64,000 nt of DNA from the NCBI RefSeq assembly GCF_006345805.1, contig NC_043000.1, positions 44,950,001-45,014,000 of the forward strand, in the 5' to 3' direction. The position numbers and the translations under genes were made by a program. How positions within the stretch are numbered: position 1 is the first letter of the stretch; each line of letters opens with the position of its first letter. The notes beneath the pieces were generated by a model, which saw only the letters and a program-made list of their open reading frames with translations, was not told the DNA's origin and did not search any database. The stretch comes from Octopus sinensis. Taxonomy: Eukaryota. Positions 22,861 to 35,945 of the stretch are shown here, one piece after another.

Positions 22861-23866
22861 AGCTTGTGCTTGTATTGTATATATACTTATTAGCAATTTG
22901 TGAATAATCACAGCTCATGTGATGGAGAACAACAGAAATTTTAGAGATTGCTAGTTTCTGTAGCAAGTGCTGAATGGTGAAAATGGGACAAATGTGTCAC
23001 AATAGATAAGTTCAGTCCCTTTTGCATATATTAGAAATGAAATTCCAGTGGAATTTCACTAAGAAATATGATTTGCTAGTTTTGTTTAGACAATATTACA
23101 TCAAATATTGCACATTACATCAGAATAAATCATGCAAATGTTCAGCTTTAGTTCAAGGAAACCCTGCAAGAGCTTTATCAACCTAACTCCCCGCTAAGAA
23201 GATTCTGCCTTTCTAAGGCATTAGTATTATAGTAAACTCCTCATTACATTGGATGCCATCCTAAGAGATCATGCAGTACTTACTGCACAGGTTGTGAGTA
23301 CTGCAAAGTAAGTTTTTTCAGGTTATGTACTCCTTCAGGTGAAAGGGTACACAATCTCCATTGTATTGTTTTAGTGAAACAACATGGTCAGCATGACTTG
23401 GAGCCTGCTTGACGAAGCTTCAACGTATTTATCTAGGATACGTAACAGCAATATCTCTCTCTCTCTCTCTCAAAAACAATGGCATTTGAAATAGCTTAAA
23501 GTATCTCTTCACAAGAAAACTTAACTTTCTTACGACTGTCGTCAACTGAGCTTCCTATCAACTACTTTTAGACAGTTAGTTGACAGCATTGTCTTGTCAT
23601 TTTCAATAAAACATTATCGAAATTCTAATGAAAATTCTAATGGGAGACATATCTTATCTACTGCATCAAAGATGTCTAGCATTCAGCATCTGTTAACTCA
23701 TCTAGCACTCGTTTACCTCTTTTCCATTATTTGGTATAAACCAATAGGAATAAAATATAAACATCACTCAATGTCAATCAACCATCTCTAAAGCACGTGG
23801 CTAACTTACCACTCGGAGCAACGTTATCTGAAGTCACAAATGTTTTTCTATTAATGTTTGTGTGTA

Positions 23867-23929
<63 letters not shown>

Positions 23930-23981
23930 TTATATATGTATATTTATGCATATATATACACACACACATAGATATATAAAT

Positions 23982-24031
<50 letters not shown>

Positions 24032-24059
24032 GGAATGTATGCATGCAAAAATGCATGTA

Positions 24060-24100
<41 letters not shown>

Positions 24101-27100
24101 GTGTGTGTATATTTATATCACTGTATTAATACACTTACACACCTACATATGCATGATGTATATACGTATGTATTTATGTATGTATCTATGTATGTACATT
24201 AAAGCAAAAGATACATTATGGCTTCACTTTATTTTTCCAGGATACTGATTTTCTTTTTGGGAACACAAAAGCCAACTGATGATTCAAAAAAAAAACTTTA
24301 TCAAAAATTAATAAAACGTAGAAACAATGAAATGAAATAGAAAATATTCTGTACAAAAGTGAAAGAAAACTAGACACAGTGTCTGTTGATATTTTGAAGA
24401 GAAGTCTTTTTATTTTTTTATTCTGATGTATCCAAAAATAACACTTGAGTCCATGACTGTAAATAAATTCTTTGATATCTGGTTTAAAAGAAAAGATATA
24501 GAGGAAAGTATTTATAATAGATACCAAACATTTATCAGTTCCAGGAATGTTTAAAAGGATTTCAACCAAAATTTATGATTTGATATAACTTTTCTTTCAT
24601 TATGCATCATGATAATATTCAAAAGATTTAAATGTCCAAAGAGGTGAGATATATCTTTGAATTCCGGAATGTGTAAAAATAGAAAACAATAATAATGAAA
24701 ATATATGAATGATTTTCACTTTTTTCCCCGAGTAATATCATTGACAATAAAATATTTTCAAAAGAAATTTTTTTGTTCATTTTACTTCTTGTTATTTTCT
24801 TTATAAATATTTATTCCATTTTTCCGTGCAAAGATCTTAGGTAAGTAATTTATTTTGAATAAAAGTATTTAACTATCAGAAATTACATTTGAAAGAATTC
24901 AAATAAAAGCCAATAAACCAAGAGTAAAAATAGATAAAGGGAGAAAAAAAGAAATAAATGTTTAAATATATTATATATGAAAGTTGACAAAATTCTTTGA
25001 AGTTGCAGGATAATATAGAAAAAAAAGACATAAGTTGAATTATGCCAAGACCAAAGCACAGTGCCAAAATGTCTGAAGAATTTGCTAGAGAATGAGGCTA
25101 CTTTTTCAAGATTCAGAAATTGTTTTAATTTTGATCTTTCAAGTTCATCTTAAAGTCTTACAACAAACCTATAGTAATTGCTATTGATATAGTCTCAATA
25201 CAAAAACATAGTTCATCATATACATCTTAAATTTTATTATCAAAGTAAGGAAATAAAATCTTATATAAAAAAACTAAAACTAAATATAGAAAATAAGTTT
25301 AGTAGACCAATGGCATGACTTTAGATAAACAATTTGAAATATTAACTGAATGGCATATAAGGAATCCTTAACTCATTTAAATTTGCATCTTAATTGGGGA
25401 AAAAATACAAGAACCCCATCACCGATTTTAGCATCTCTTTTAAGAAAAGAAGAAATAATTTCAAAATTAAGAATTAATTTCACAAGATATGACCTTTGTT
25501 AACAGGCCAGGTAACTACTATAGGCAAGTTTTGGATTTATTACACCTTCTAAGTGAAGTGTAGATAAAGGAGCCCTCAATAAAAATCCTTTTCACAATTT
25601 TATATGCCTAAAAATATCTGTTAACTAATTTAATTGGGTTCTAGTTTGGCTGACAAGTTTGACTGACAAATTTGACTGTCAAAATGAAAATTTGAAATGG
25701 GCAGTGAAATGCATACAGTATCCAAATCAATGTATCAGAGTATTGGACATACAGCATGGCAAGATAATGAGGCCTGTAATATTGAAATTAAAAATTGGAT
25801 GGTTATTGTTAATTTCTTACAAAATATATCTATTAACAAATGTTTTATTTTGGTTCTAAAATTATCTGCAGAAGACATTTTGACAATTGTCATCATATGT
25901 GCCTTAATGGATGCAGGTATAGTCATGTGGGAAAAAGTTTGTTTTAGATTCAATCCCACTGTAATGACACTTGGACAATTGTCTTCTACTGCCATTTTGT
26001 TTCAAACAAAACTCTGAAAGTGAAATTTAGCAGACGAAACCTATTTTGTAGCCTATTGTTGTGGGGTGGGCAGGGTCTTTTCCTGTTACTCTTGCTGAGT
26101 TCAGAGACAAGTTTAGTAAGAAGTTAGGGGTGGATTAAGGCTTAATCCTAAGACTTATCTTATTCATCATAGTTTTAGAGACCATGGAAAGTGTTTTATT
26201 ATGTAGTTCATATACATGAATTTATAGTGGAATTAGTGAAGAAATTCCAAGCATGATAGCTCATCCCAGAATCGAGGGGACCCAAAGTAAACTTGGCATG
26301 AGTTAGGGTACTAGTTAATAGGAAAAGAGGCAGGATGCTGATATTGTGGAAATGATTTAGCTTGATGAGTAGAGAAAGAGTAAGTATAAACTCCATATTC
26401 TGTATCATATGTAAGCTATGGACACACGAAGTGTCGTGAAATCTCCTGCAGGCTAACAGAGGTGGCATTCCTTGTATATAGCAGATGCACTGAAGCAATA
26501 TATACTAAAAGCATATTGGAAATGCATTTCCTTGAAAGGTTCAGAGACTTATTTATTAGTTGTGCCAGGAGCAAAGATTTTTTACAGAGTTAAGATCAAA
26601 ATAATTAAAATTGGTGTTAGAACTGTGATGATACAGAATAGTGAGATGTTGGTAATCAAGTCAGAAAAATTTGAAGGAAATGAAACTAGCACGCTCCTAT
26701 ATAGCTGCAATGCTTGTGTGCATAAATTACAGAGTATAACTGAGCTGAGAGAAAATTTAAGTATGAAAAGAATCAAATTTAGAGTGTAACTGCACTGGTA
26801 CGTGATGCATGTGTAGAATAATTGTTGCATAAGAATGTGAAAATACTCCAGTTAATGAAACCTCCAAAAGAGGCTGAACTGAACTAAAAGAGGCAATATA
26901 GTGAAGTTTGATCTGAAGGTGTTTCATTTTATGTGAAGATGATATGGGACTGTAATGATTAGAGATATGAATTGTTACAAAAGACCCATCTACAATTAGA
27001 GAAAAAGCACGTTGACACAAGGTTAGTGTTTGTGTATATGGTTTCTATTTGTACTTGCTAAGCCTACATCTAATGCCACCTCACCTTACTCCATAACTCT

Positions 27101-27599
27101 GTTTCTTCTAATTGGCTTTCTATAGATTATAAGGAATACGTTTGTATTTTGATGTTATTTCTTTTAACGTTGTAAACAGAGGAGAAAGAGTTAATACTCA
27201 TGTTCTTTTTTGGGGATCATTGAGACTTGATAGAGGTAGGGTAAAAGGTTATCCTCAGACCAGTGGCCTGATGCAAATGCTTCCAAGAGTTTGGAATCAG
27301 TACTGAATTCACTCAACACTCAAGTATAGTGTAGGATGACAATGATGATGATAATGATAATGATGATAACGATGATGGTGATGATGGTGGTGATGAGGAT
27401 GAGGAGGTGAAGGAAGAGAAGGAGGAGCAGAGTAGGACTAGGTGTCATATTTATGTGGGGATGTGTAAAGGTAGTATATGTGATAAGAGTATGTGAGGAA
27501 AATAGTAAAGTGTACGAAGTGGGACCTTATGGCGAAGGTATGCAATTTACTTGACAAGGACCCAGATGAGAAGGTTTACTCTTATTTCCATCTTTTATG

Positions 27600-27925
27600 T
27601 TTTATGTTTTTTTACTTGCTTTGATCCTGTGGCATCACCTTAACACCTTAGTTCAATGAATTGTCCCCAGTAATTTTTTAAGGCTGGTATTTATTCTTTT
27701 GGATTGTTTTGCTGAACCACTAAGTTACAGTGTCATAAACACACCAATACTGATTAACAAGCAGCAGTATGGGACAAACATAGACACACACACACACACA
27801 GACACACACACACACACAGACACACACACACACACACACATACACACACACACACAATTGCTGAAGGTGCCAATCAGTGGGACTAAACACAGGACCATGT
27901 GATTGGGAGATAAGCTTATTACCAG
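27600..27925 (-). mobile_element. Degenerate, internally deleted SINE family A copy
   Basis: ttttgctgaaccactaagttac..taaacacacc..(CA)n..aaggtgcca..cagtgggact..accatgtgattgg. Confidence 0.7.
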
Positions 27926-28551
27926 ATAGTAACACGTGCACTTTGGTATATAAGACCTACTAATATTAGTAACATATTCATTTACTTGAGAGATCTTGAA
28001 TTGAGCTTCTATGAAAAATCCTTTCTTTATTTTCCTCCACCTTTATTAAGCTATGTCCCAAGAAAATACTAAATGTGCATGTATGTGTGCCTCTCTGTGT
28101 GTGCATGTGTGTGTCCATGTATGTGTGTGCTATTTGAAATTAAAATCAAAGTAAAACATCAAAATTACAATTTGCTAATATTACAAGTTTTTCCCAGTCT
28201 TGTGGTTTTTCATTGTACACATATCCAATATCAAAATTTGATCAAGAAAATGAAGTTGTGTCACTATTTTTATCACACTCTCTTCTTTTCTTGTCGTTAT
28301 TACCATTTCAGCTCATCCATATCTTGATGCTGTCTAGCCTTTAAATATTCTCATATTTGAAGTAGACTATTCACCAAATGCAATTTTATGCCTCAGTAAA
28401 TAAATGCTAAATTATCATAAAAGGAAAGTGTTCTCTATATCTAAAATTTATTTCTTAGAAATCTCTTGTAAAAGAAAAAATATACATGTACACCTAGATA
28501 TATGTATGTATATGTATATGAGTGTAAATCTATCTATATGTATATGTCAAT

Positions 28552-28800
28552 GTGCATGGCCTAGTAGTTAGATTGTTGTACTCACAAATACAAGATCAAG
28601 GTTTCAGTTCCTGGAATGGATGGAATGTTGTGTTCTTCAGCAAAAAACTTCATCTCATGCTGCTCTGCAACAGATTTGATACTTGACATGTGGCACATGT
28701 TCAGGCAACCTTGATTTGATGAAGCGGGTGAGCTAATGTACAACACAATCATCTGTTCAATATAAGCAAATAATTTGTGGAGGTTATTCAGCAAGAAATT
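28552..28800 (+). mobile_element. Probable old tRNA-derived SINE (another family)
   Basis: A-box-like tggcctagtagtt and B-box-like ggtttcagttcc followed by gtgttcttcagcaaaaaactt. Confidence 0.45.
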
Positions 28801-29224
28801 GCAGAAATATCTTTTGGGGATTATAAGAAAATGCCAGCAGCATCACCATCATATATATATCAATACACACACACACACACACACAAACAAACAAACAAAC
28901 ACGCACATGATGATCAGAATTCTGCAGCTCTTGGTGTTCCCAATTGGATATGCAAATTATATGGGTGTCTTTTCAATACACTGTTTGGTTTAAAAAGCCA
29001 CATGATGGATTTAAGGTGTAGATACAAGCAGTGCTCAGACTCTGCATAAGGAGTAGACAACCACTATATATGAAAAATGTACTGTCCATAAGCTATAGAT
29101 TTTTTATTATTGTATATAAAATAAGAGACAGATCTTATGATAGTTCTGAACTTTAATTACTGCTTCATCATTGAATATATATATATATATGTATTTTCTT
29201 TTTCTTCTTCTTCCAAGTAAGTTT

Positions 29225-29266
<42 letters not shown>

Positions 29267-29660
29267 CGTTTTGGGACTTGGTTTGCAAGATTCTTTATGT
29301 GATTATAAGGCACAAAAATAAAATGACTCTCCCCAGACACAATAGTATATATATATATTTACCGTATATATATATATATATATATATACACCGCATATAC
29401 TTGAGTAATAGTCGATTTCATGTAAATCTTGACCCCCTATTTTTGGCCAAGAAATGAGTAATTTTCCACAGATCCCGTATAAGAGTCGACCCTAATATTT
29501 CATGAATAACTGGACAACATTTGTAGGTCAGGTTATTGTATTATCATGTACTTAGAAATAACACTGTTACAAAATTATGTGGCCACCTTACTGTAACCTG
29601 CTCTTTAGGTGGAATGCTTGGTGCTTATAATGGAATGCTCAGTGCTAATATTAAAATACC

Positions 29661-29892
29661 TATTTCTTTATTACCCACAAGGGGCTAAACACAGAGGGGA
29701 CAAACAAGGACAGACATAGGTATTAAGTCGATTACATCGACCCCAGTGCGTAACTGGCACTTAATTTATCGACCCCAAAAGGATGAAAGGCAAAGTCGAC
29801 CTCAACGGAATTTGAACTCACAGCATAATGGCAGACGAAATACTGCTAAGCATTTCGCCCGGCATGCTAACATTTCTGCCAGCTCACCGCCT
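29661..29892 (-). mobile_element. Full-length SINE family B with ~14-bp TSD
   Basis: TSD taatattaaa(a)tacc at 29646-29660 and 29893-29906; head ggcggtgagctggcag; central gactttgcctttcatcc..ggggtcgataaa. Confidence 0.9.
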
Positions 29893-30004
29893 TAATATTA
29901 AAATACCATTTAATAGTGAACATCACACGTCTGTTGATGGGTGCTACATCACCATTACTAAAATGTTTGCTCAGGATATGTGACAAACCTTCATACATCT
30001 TCAA

Positions 30005-30459
30005 GCACAATAAACACATGTGTCATACACTTGTTGTTTACATGGTGGGAAATGTATTTCCCAGACAGCACTATTGGCAAATACTGACCAGTCTGAATTT
30101 GTACAAAGCCATGACTCTGGTAAAACTAAATGTATTCAATTAATCGCTAGATCCGTGGTTTCTGTGTGATCTTTGTATTTTCCTCATCTCCAAATACAAT
30201 TAACACATGTCATACACTCATCTATTTACATAGTGAATAATGTGCTTTGCAAACAGCACTATCAGTGAACAACAGCAAACAACACTGTATAAATTTATAC
30301 AGAGGCATGACTTTGGTAAGCCTAAAAACATTTAGCTAATCGCTAAATCAGTGGTTCCAATAACGTGGAATTCTTCAACATTATTTCTAAAAATGTGGAA
30401 CCCCTAATAACTTTCAGGGAACCCTGGGGTTTTGCAGAAAATGGTTTGGAAATCCCTGC
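30005..30459. repeat. Diverged ~190-bp tandem duplication followed by a probable hAT-type MITE remnant (30349-30459)
   Basis: Units share aacacatg..tcatacact..tttacat..acagcactat..catgact.tggtaa..taatcgcta. TIR-like cagtggttccaa ... ttggaaatccctg. Confidence 0.6.
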
Positions 30460-30625
30460 TCCAGATTAACAACCCTACACCATATTCTGGACGGTGAACA
30501 GTAATAATGGCACAGATACAATGGCACAATAACTTTACTGAAATATACACCATTGTCAAAAGAAGTGAAATAAAGTTTTACGTATGTATGTATATGTTTA
30601 TATGAAAGAATGTATATAGTCACCA

Positions 30626-30660
<35 letters not shown>

Positions 30661-30676
<16 letters not shown>

Positions 30677-30733
30677 CGGCTTATAACTTACAGTCATTAC
30701 TTGTACACTCTCCCAAACATATGTATGCATATG

Positions 30734-30773
<40 letters not shown>

Positions 30774-30830
30774 CGGCTTATAACTTACAGTCATTACTTG
30801 TACACTCTCCCAAACATATGTATGCATATG

Positions 30831-30860
<30 letters not shown>
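30661..30860. repeat. Perfect ~97-bp tandem duplication between (TA)n tracts
   Basis: ccggcttataacttacag...gcatatgtttaa is identical at 30676 and 30773. Confidence 0.95.
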
Positions 30861-30866
<6 letters not shown>

Positions 30867-31059
30867 GCACACTCACACATACATAAGCACACAGACTCTC
30901 CCTCTCTCTTCCTCTGTGTGAATATATACATATATATATATTAATACATATATATATATTGATATTTGTATGTATGAATAAAGTGAAAAATGGAACTGTT
31001 AAAATATGGACTATCTTATCAATCTCACAAATTTTAATTAAAAAATTACCAGTTCAAAA

Positions 31060-31570
31060 CCACAGTCGTGCACACCCATGACTGACACCAAGAATTATGT
31101 GTTGGAGCTTTGTTCTTGTAAAACAAGACCCCCTTATCGGTTTTCGTGTCTGTTAGGCCATGATAGCTTTTCATAATTGCCTCAACAAGTTGGTAAGATA
31201 CTCTCCATTGATGTTGTGTCCCAATGGACGATAGTCAATAAACACACTTTTTGCATCCCCCAAAATACTGAGGCCTTCACTTTCCCTGTTGATGAAATGA
31301 CTTTTATTGGAGCAGGTAAGGAGAAGTGTTTCCACTACATGGATTGTCTCTTTTTTCTTTTTCTCTACTCATTCTAGGTTAGGAAACATTCAACCAAACT
31401 GGCTAGATCTCCCTCAGACAATGTTAGATATTCCAGTGATGTGATCATCCTGGGGTGCTTTTGATCAGGTATAAATAGATATGGTACTCACTGAGTAGAA
31501 ACCTTCATCATGCTAAGTTCCTTGTACACAATATTCTCAATTCTCTCACAGGATATGCTAATAGAAGTAA
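31060..31570 (-). mobile_element. Mariner transposase remnant (catalytic region), no TIRs found
   Basis: Minus-strand peptides ERIENIVYKELSMMKVSTQ*VPYLFIPDQK (WVPH motif) and STGKVKASVFWG..VFIDY..GHNINGEYLTNLLRQL*KAI..NKAPTHNS. Confidence 0.85.
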
Positions 31571-33211
31571 TTGAAGGTGATAATATAATGAGGACAAAGC
31601 AAATAGATAATATATGATGCTAGAACTAATCTTGCACCTAAGATATAGATCAAAACAAAAACAATCAAAGAATGTGCACAATGAACTTTAATCAAAGGAA
31701 CAGAAGGGGATCTAATGTTTATAAATATGTATGTATAAATCTAATGTGTATAAATATGTATGTGTGTATAAATATATGTATACTTATTTTCTTATGTGCT
31801 TATGAGGTTTGTGTCCTATATTCAAGCATAATAAACACCAGCCAATAAAGATTTTTTACCATTATTAATAGATTTGCATTTCTATTGCCCAATGTTTCCA
31901 GCTTCATTCATCTACTTACTTCAATCTCTATGTCTTGTTTCTGTTCTAATATTTGCTAAATTCTTGTTTTTTTACTTAAGTCTACTCTTATTATAATAAG
32001 CTATTGCCACTATGATAGTTATTACCGCAAAACCCTTTTATCTTTTATCATTACCAAAGCTATATTATTTCATTATTATTTCTTGGACACAACACTGAAC
32101 TTTTCCTTCTGTTTTTTTTTTTTGTTTTTTTTGTGTAATTCTTTGATATGTTCTTAGTGCTTCTGAGCACATTCCAAACCTAAGATTCACCACCTATTTG
32201 AAGAGCTTTCAGCAATTTTGAAATTTCAGGACTAAATTATAACTGAACCAATTGTTATTTCTCCTTTAATATCTTACCAAAATACATATATCTATCATTT
32301 TCAACGATGTTAATGGTAACTTTGGAATTATATCCCCTTAAATTAGGTCATTGCAGAAATTTTGATTAAAACAAAATATTCTTCTTAATATCTATGATGA
32401 TATCTCAATCATGTCTGGAAAAATAATTGGTTTTCCTTACCCGATGTCTGAAATTAAGACACTGACAAATCCCATACTCACACTTTCTAACTACATGACA
32501 TCTAAAATAGCAGGCAATTATAGTAGTAGCAACAATAACTTCAGTAAGTTCTATATTATAACATCAGCATTGCAACAAAGATAACAAACTTCTATGGCAA
32601 TAAGCCAGTGTACAAGATTTGAACAAGATTTTTTTTTTATTATATTTCATTAAGATATCAGAGAAATTGAATACATGTTCTTGTACTGATGATCGGTGTT
32701 CTGTAACAGATATCATCACTTGACAGGTACATAAAGAGAGCAAGTTAATTTTATTTCATAAGTAGTTTTCTAACTTTCTTCATCTTTGATTTTCCAAGAC
32801 TATTTTATGCATTACATATGAAATTTGAATGAGAAAAGAAAACTATATTTTCAGAAATAACATATATGATATAAAACATGTTCACCATTAGCTGATAATA
32901 AGTGCTAAACTCTTTTTCAAAGCCTGATGTTTTTTGAACTCACACACATATATAAACACACATGCAGTGACACATATACATGTGTGTGTGTGCAGACGCT
33001 GAAACACACATGTGTACATAGGTGATACTTCACAGCACACTTTCCAATACTTCATAGATTTAGACATTGTTCTCTAATAGTGCTAAAATATTTAAATGCT
33101 AATTAAAGAACTTGGACAAAAACGTCTTTTGAAGAAAACAGAATGGAATATAAACATTTAAAATATATCCTACGAAACAGACACACCCACACTCACACAC
33201 ATATATATTAA

Positions 33212-33579
33212 CCCTTGTACTACCAGAGAAAATGTATGTCACTAATTACTAACAGAATACCATGGACCCAATATTATTCTTTTAATTAAATTTTATTCAA
33301 ACTACCACTATTTCTTAGCTACATTATATATGCTATGAGGTGAATGAAGAATTACTGTTTACTTTTTTACTATTTTACTTGTTTCAGTCATTTGACTGTG
33401 ACCATGCTGGAACACCGCCTTTAATCGAGCAACTCGACCCCGGGACTTATTCTTTTGTAAGCCCAGTACTTATTCTATCGGTCTCTTTTGCTGAACCGCT
33501 AAGTAATGGGGACATAAACACACCAGCATCGGTTGTCAAGCAATGCTAGGGGGACAAACACAGACACACAAACACATAC

Positions 33580-33612
<33 letters not shown>

Positions 33613-35200
33613 ATATATATATACGACAGGCTTCTTTCAGTTTCCGTCTACCAAATCCACTCACAAGGCTTTGGTCGGCCCGAGGCTATAGTAGAAGACA
33701 CTTGCCCAAGGTGCCACGCAGTGGGACTGAACCCAGAAGCATGTGGTCGGTAAACAAGCTACTTACCACACAGCCACTCCTCTCACAATTTTAATTTTAA
33801 AAATACCGCTTACAAAATATATTATAAATTTTTAAAATTACAAAAATACAGAATTACAGCTCTTTATGGCAGTGAATGCAGGCAACATTGGAATGTTCCT
33901 GGCAAACATGGATATTGCAATTCTAACATGTAGCACAAGTTTTCCTGTCTTTTTTGGGGCCCCACAAAGAACATCTTAGGTTTTTTTTTTTGGGGCTGAG
34001 GAATCTCAAATGAGGTTGAAGATTGTCTTCTTTTCTTGTTTGGCTGAGAAATATTAGCAGAACTTGGAGATTTTTTGTCATGTCCTTGTTTAGCATTAAT
34101 TCCAGCAATTTCTTTTCCTAACTGAATTAGGCACTGTCTTCTTTTATCCTTGAAACTTTGCAAGTGAAGCTGTTAAGCAACAATGAAAGCATTCCCTGTA
34201 CTTATATCAATCATGTTGTAGAATATAACCATAGGCCATCTTCAAGTAATTCTTCTGTAAATGTATGTCCTTACCATCTTATCTAGAGTATCTACTCCTC
34301 CTTTTCTTTTGTTGTAACATGTAATAACTTCAGGTTTCTTTTGAGTACTTTTTGAATCAACTGAAGGCTAAGAGTGCATTGTACTCATAAGTGTGACAAC
34401 ATAATTTTTCTTGGGACAATAAGATAAGATCATAGAATCCTTTTGAGATCCAAATATTGGGCTGTTGATTTTTCGTTCTTTTTCATTTGTGAAAGCACTT
34501 GGAAGTTCAACTCTTTTCTTTCTAATTGTTACAACTAAAGTAGTTTTCTTGTTAAGCCCATACTAGACTTGTAAACTAAAGTAGCTTTCTTGTTAAGCCA
34601 ATACTAGACTTGTAAAACAATTATCACAAATTATATTACATCCATTATTTTCAAGTTCTTTTACTAGGTCTTCAACAACTCTTGTACCTTGATTTGCCTC
34701 TCTCCCTTAATTCGGTCTTTTCCAGTGTAGATATGCATTTCCAGGCATAAGATGTTTCACTGTCACATATTGCCCAAATTTTAATTCCATATTTCCCTGG
34801 TTTTGAAGGAACATTCATAATTGGGTGGCTTCCAGACAATTGTTTTTGAGTATCTTCCTCATTTGATGACACAGAACCTGAACTGTCCAACACACAATCA
34901 CTTTCACAATCATTTTCAGAGCAATAGAAGGAATCACTACTATCTTCTTCCCATTCTTCATCTAATTCCAATAACCTTTTCAATATTTGGTATTCACTCA
35001 AGTTTTCATGTCTAGGCATATTGGAAAGCACAACTGAACTATATGAAACTTGATAGCAGACTAAAGGCAGATATTGCTCTCTCTCATATATTTATACACT
35101 CCTGAAAGATGATGTGATGTAATATATTGTAAGCATTGCATCATCACATAGAGATGTTGCATCACCCTATAATATAGAGGATTGAAGGTGATGCAATACC
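33212..35200 (-). mobile_element. Decayed, internally deleted piggyBac (PGBD4-like) element with a nested SINE
   Basis: Transposase remnant ~33860-35031: NVPSKPGKYGIKIWAICDSETSYAWK, QGTRVVEDLVKELENNGCNIICDN, SYCPKKNYVVTLMSTMH, KGGVDTLDKMV..RWPMVIFYNMIDIS, and a C-terminal Cys-rich tail. Candidate end TTAA-CCCTT at 33208-33216; other end not located. Confidence 0.85.
33355..33781 (-). mobile_element. Full-length SINE family A copy nested in the piggyBac 3' region
   Basis: Close reverse-complement match to 2664-3120. Confidence 0.92.
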
Positions 35201-35669
35201 ACACAATTTTATAGGAGTATTTTCATAATGTTTCCTATTTTATCTAAAACTCAGCAAATAAAAGGAATACAATTTTATCTAACTTATATCTGATAAATAG
35301 CTAGGAAAATGATATTTGATACTGCTTTTATTTTGTTTAGAATGACAAGAGTATTGTCTGAATTTAATTCTATGTTCCAATGTACCCTTATGATAATTAA
35401 TGTATAACGTGAAATTTTCTAGCTTTTATAAACATATGGAAAATTTCCTATTTGACAAATAAAAAGAGTCAAGAAAAGAATAAGAGTCACGAGAAATCAG
35501 CAGAATCAAATAATATAAACAGTAGGAAAAAGCAACTGAGAAAACTGAAATGGGTCCATTTGGTAGACAGAAGTTTAATTTAATCTAAGATTTAATATTA
35601 TGTTTCAGTGCTTATGGGTATATTTCTTCAGCCAGAAACTGAAAAAGTAATATTTTAGTGATTAGTCAA

Positions 35670-35697
35670 TACATACCTACCTACATACATACATACA

Positions 35698-35730
<33 letters not shown>

Positions 35731-35945
35731 GCATGCATACATATATACATACATACACACATCCATCCAGCCATTCATACCAACCTACCTACCTACCTAC
35801 ATACATACATACATACTACATACATACATACATACATACATCATATATGCATGCATACATATATACATACATACACACATCCATCCAGCCATTCATACCA
35901 ACCTACCTACCTACCTACTACATACATACATACATATATATATAC
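35670..35945. repeat. (ACAT)n/(ACCT)n compound repeat with an internal ~120-bp duplication
   Basis: gcatgcatacatatatacatacatacacacatccatccagccattcataccaacctacc occurs twice. Confidence 0.92.

Noticed and set aside
23274-23307. tgcagtactta/tgagtactgca hairpin considered as a pre-miRNA
   Set aside because: An 11-bp stem is too short.
26200-26500. Possible CR1/Jockey 3' remnant on the minus strand
   Set aside because: No motif I could match with confidence.
27341-27430. Acidic-looking GAT/GAG runs here and at 50430-50590
   Set aside because: Cryptic trinucleotide repeats without splice or start context.
32686-32730. TGATGA box C-like motif, also CTGATGA at 7305, 15853, 24275, 54268 and 56649
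   Set aside because: No matching D box or hammerhead GAAA/stem arrangement.
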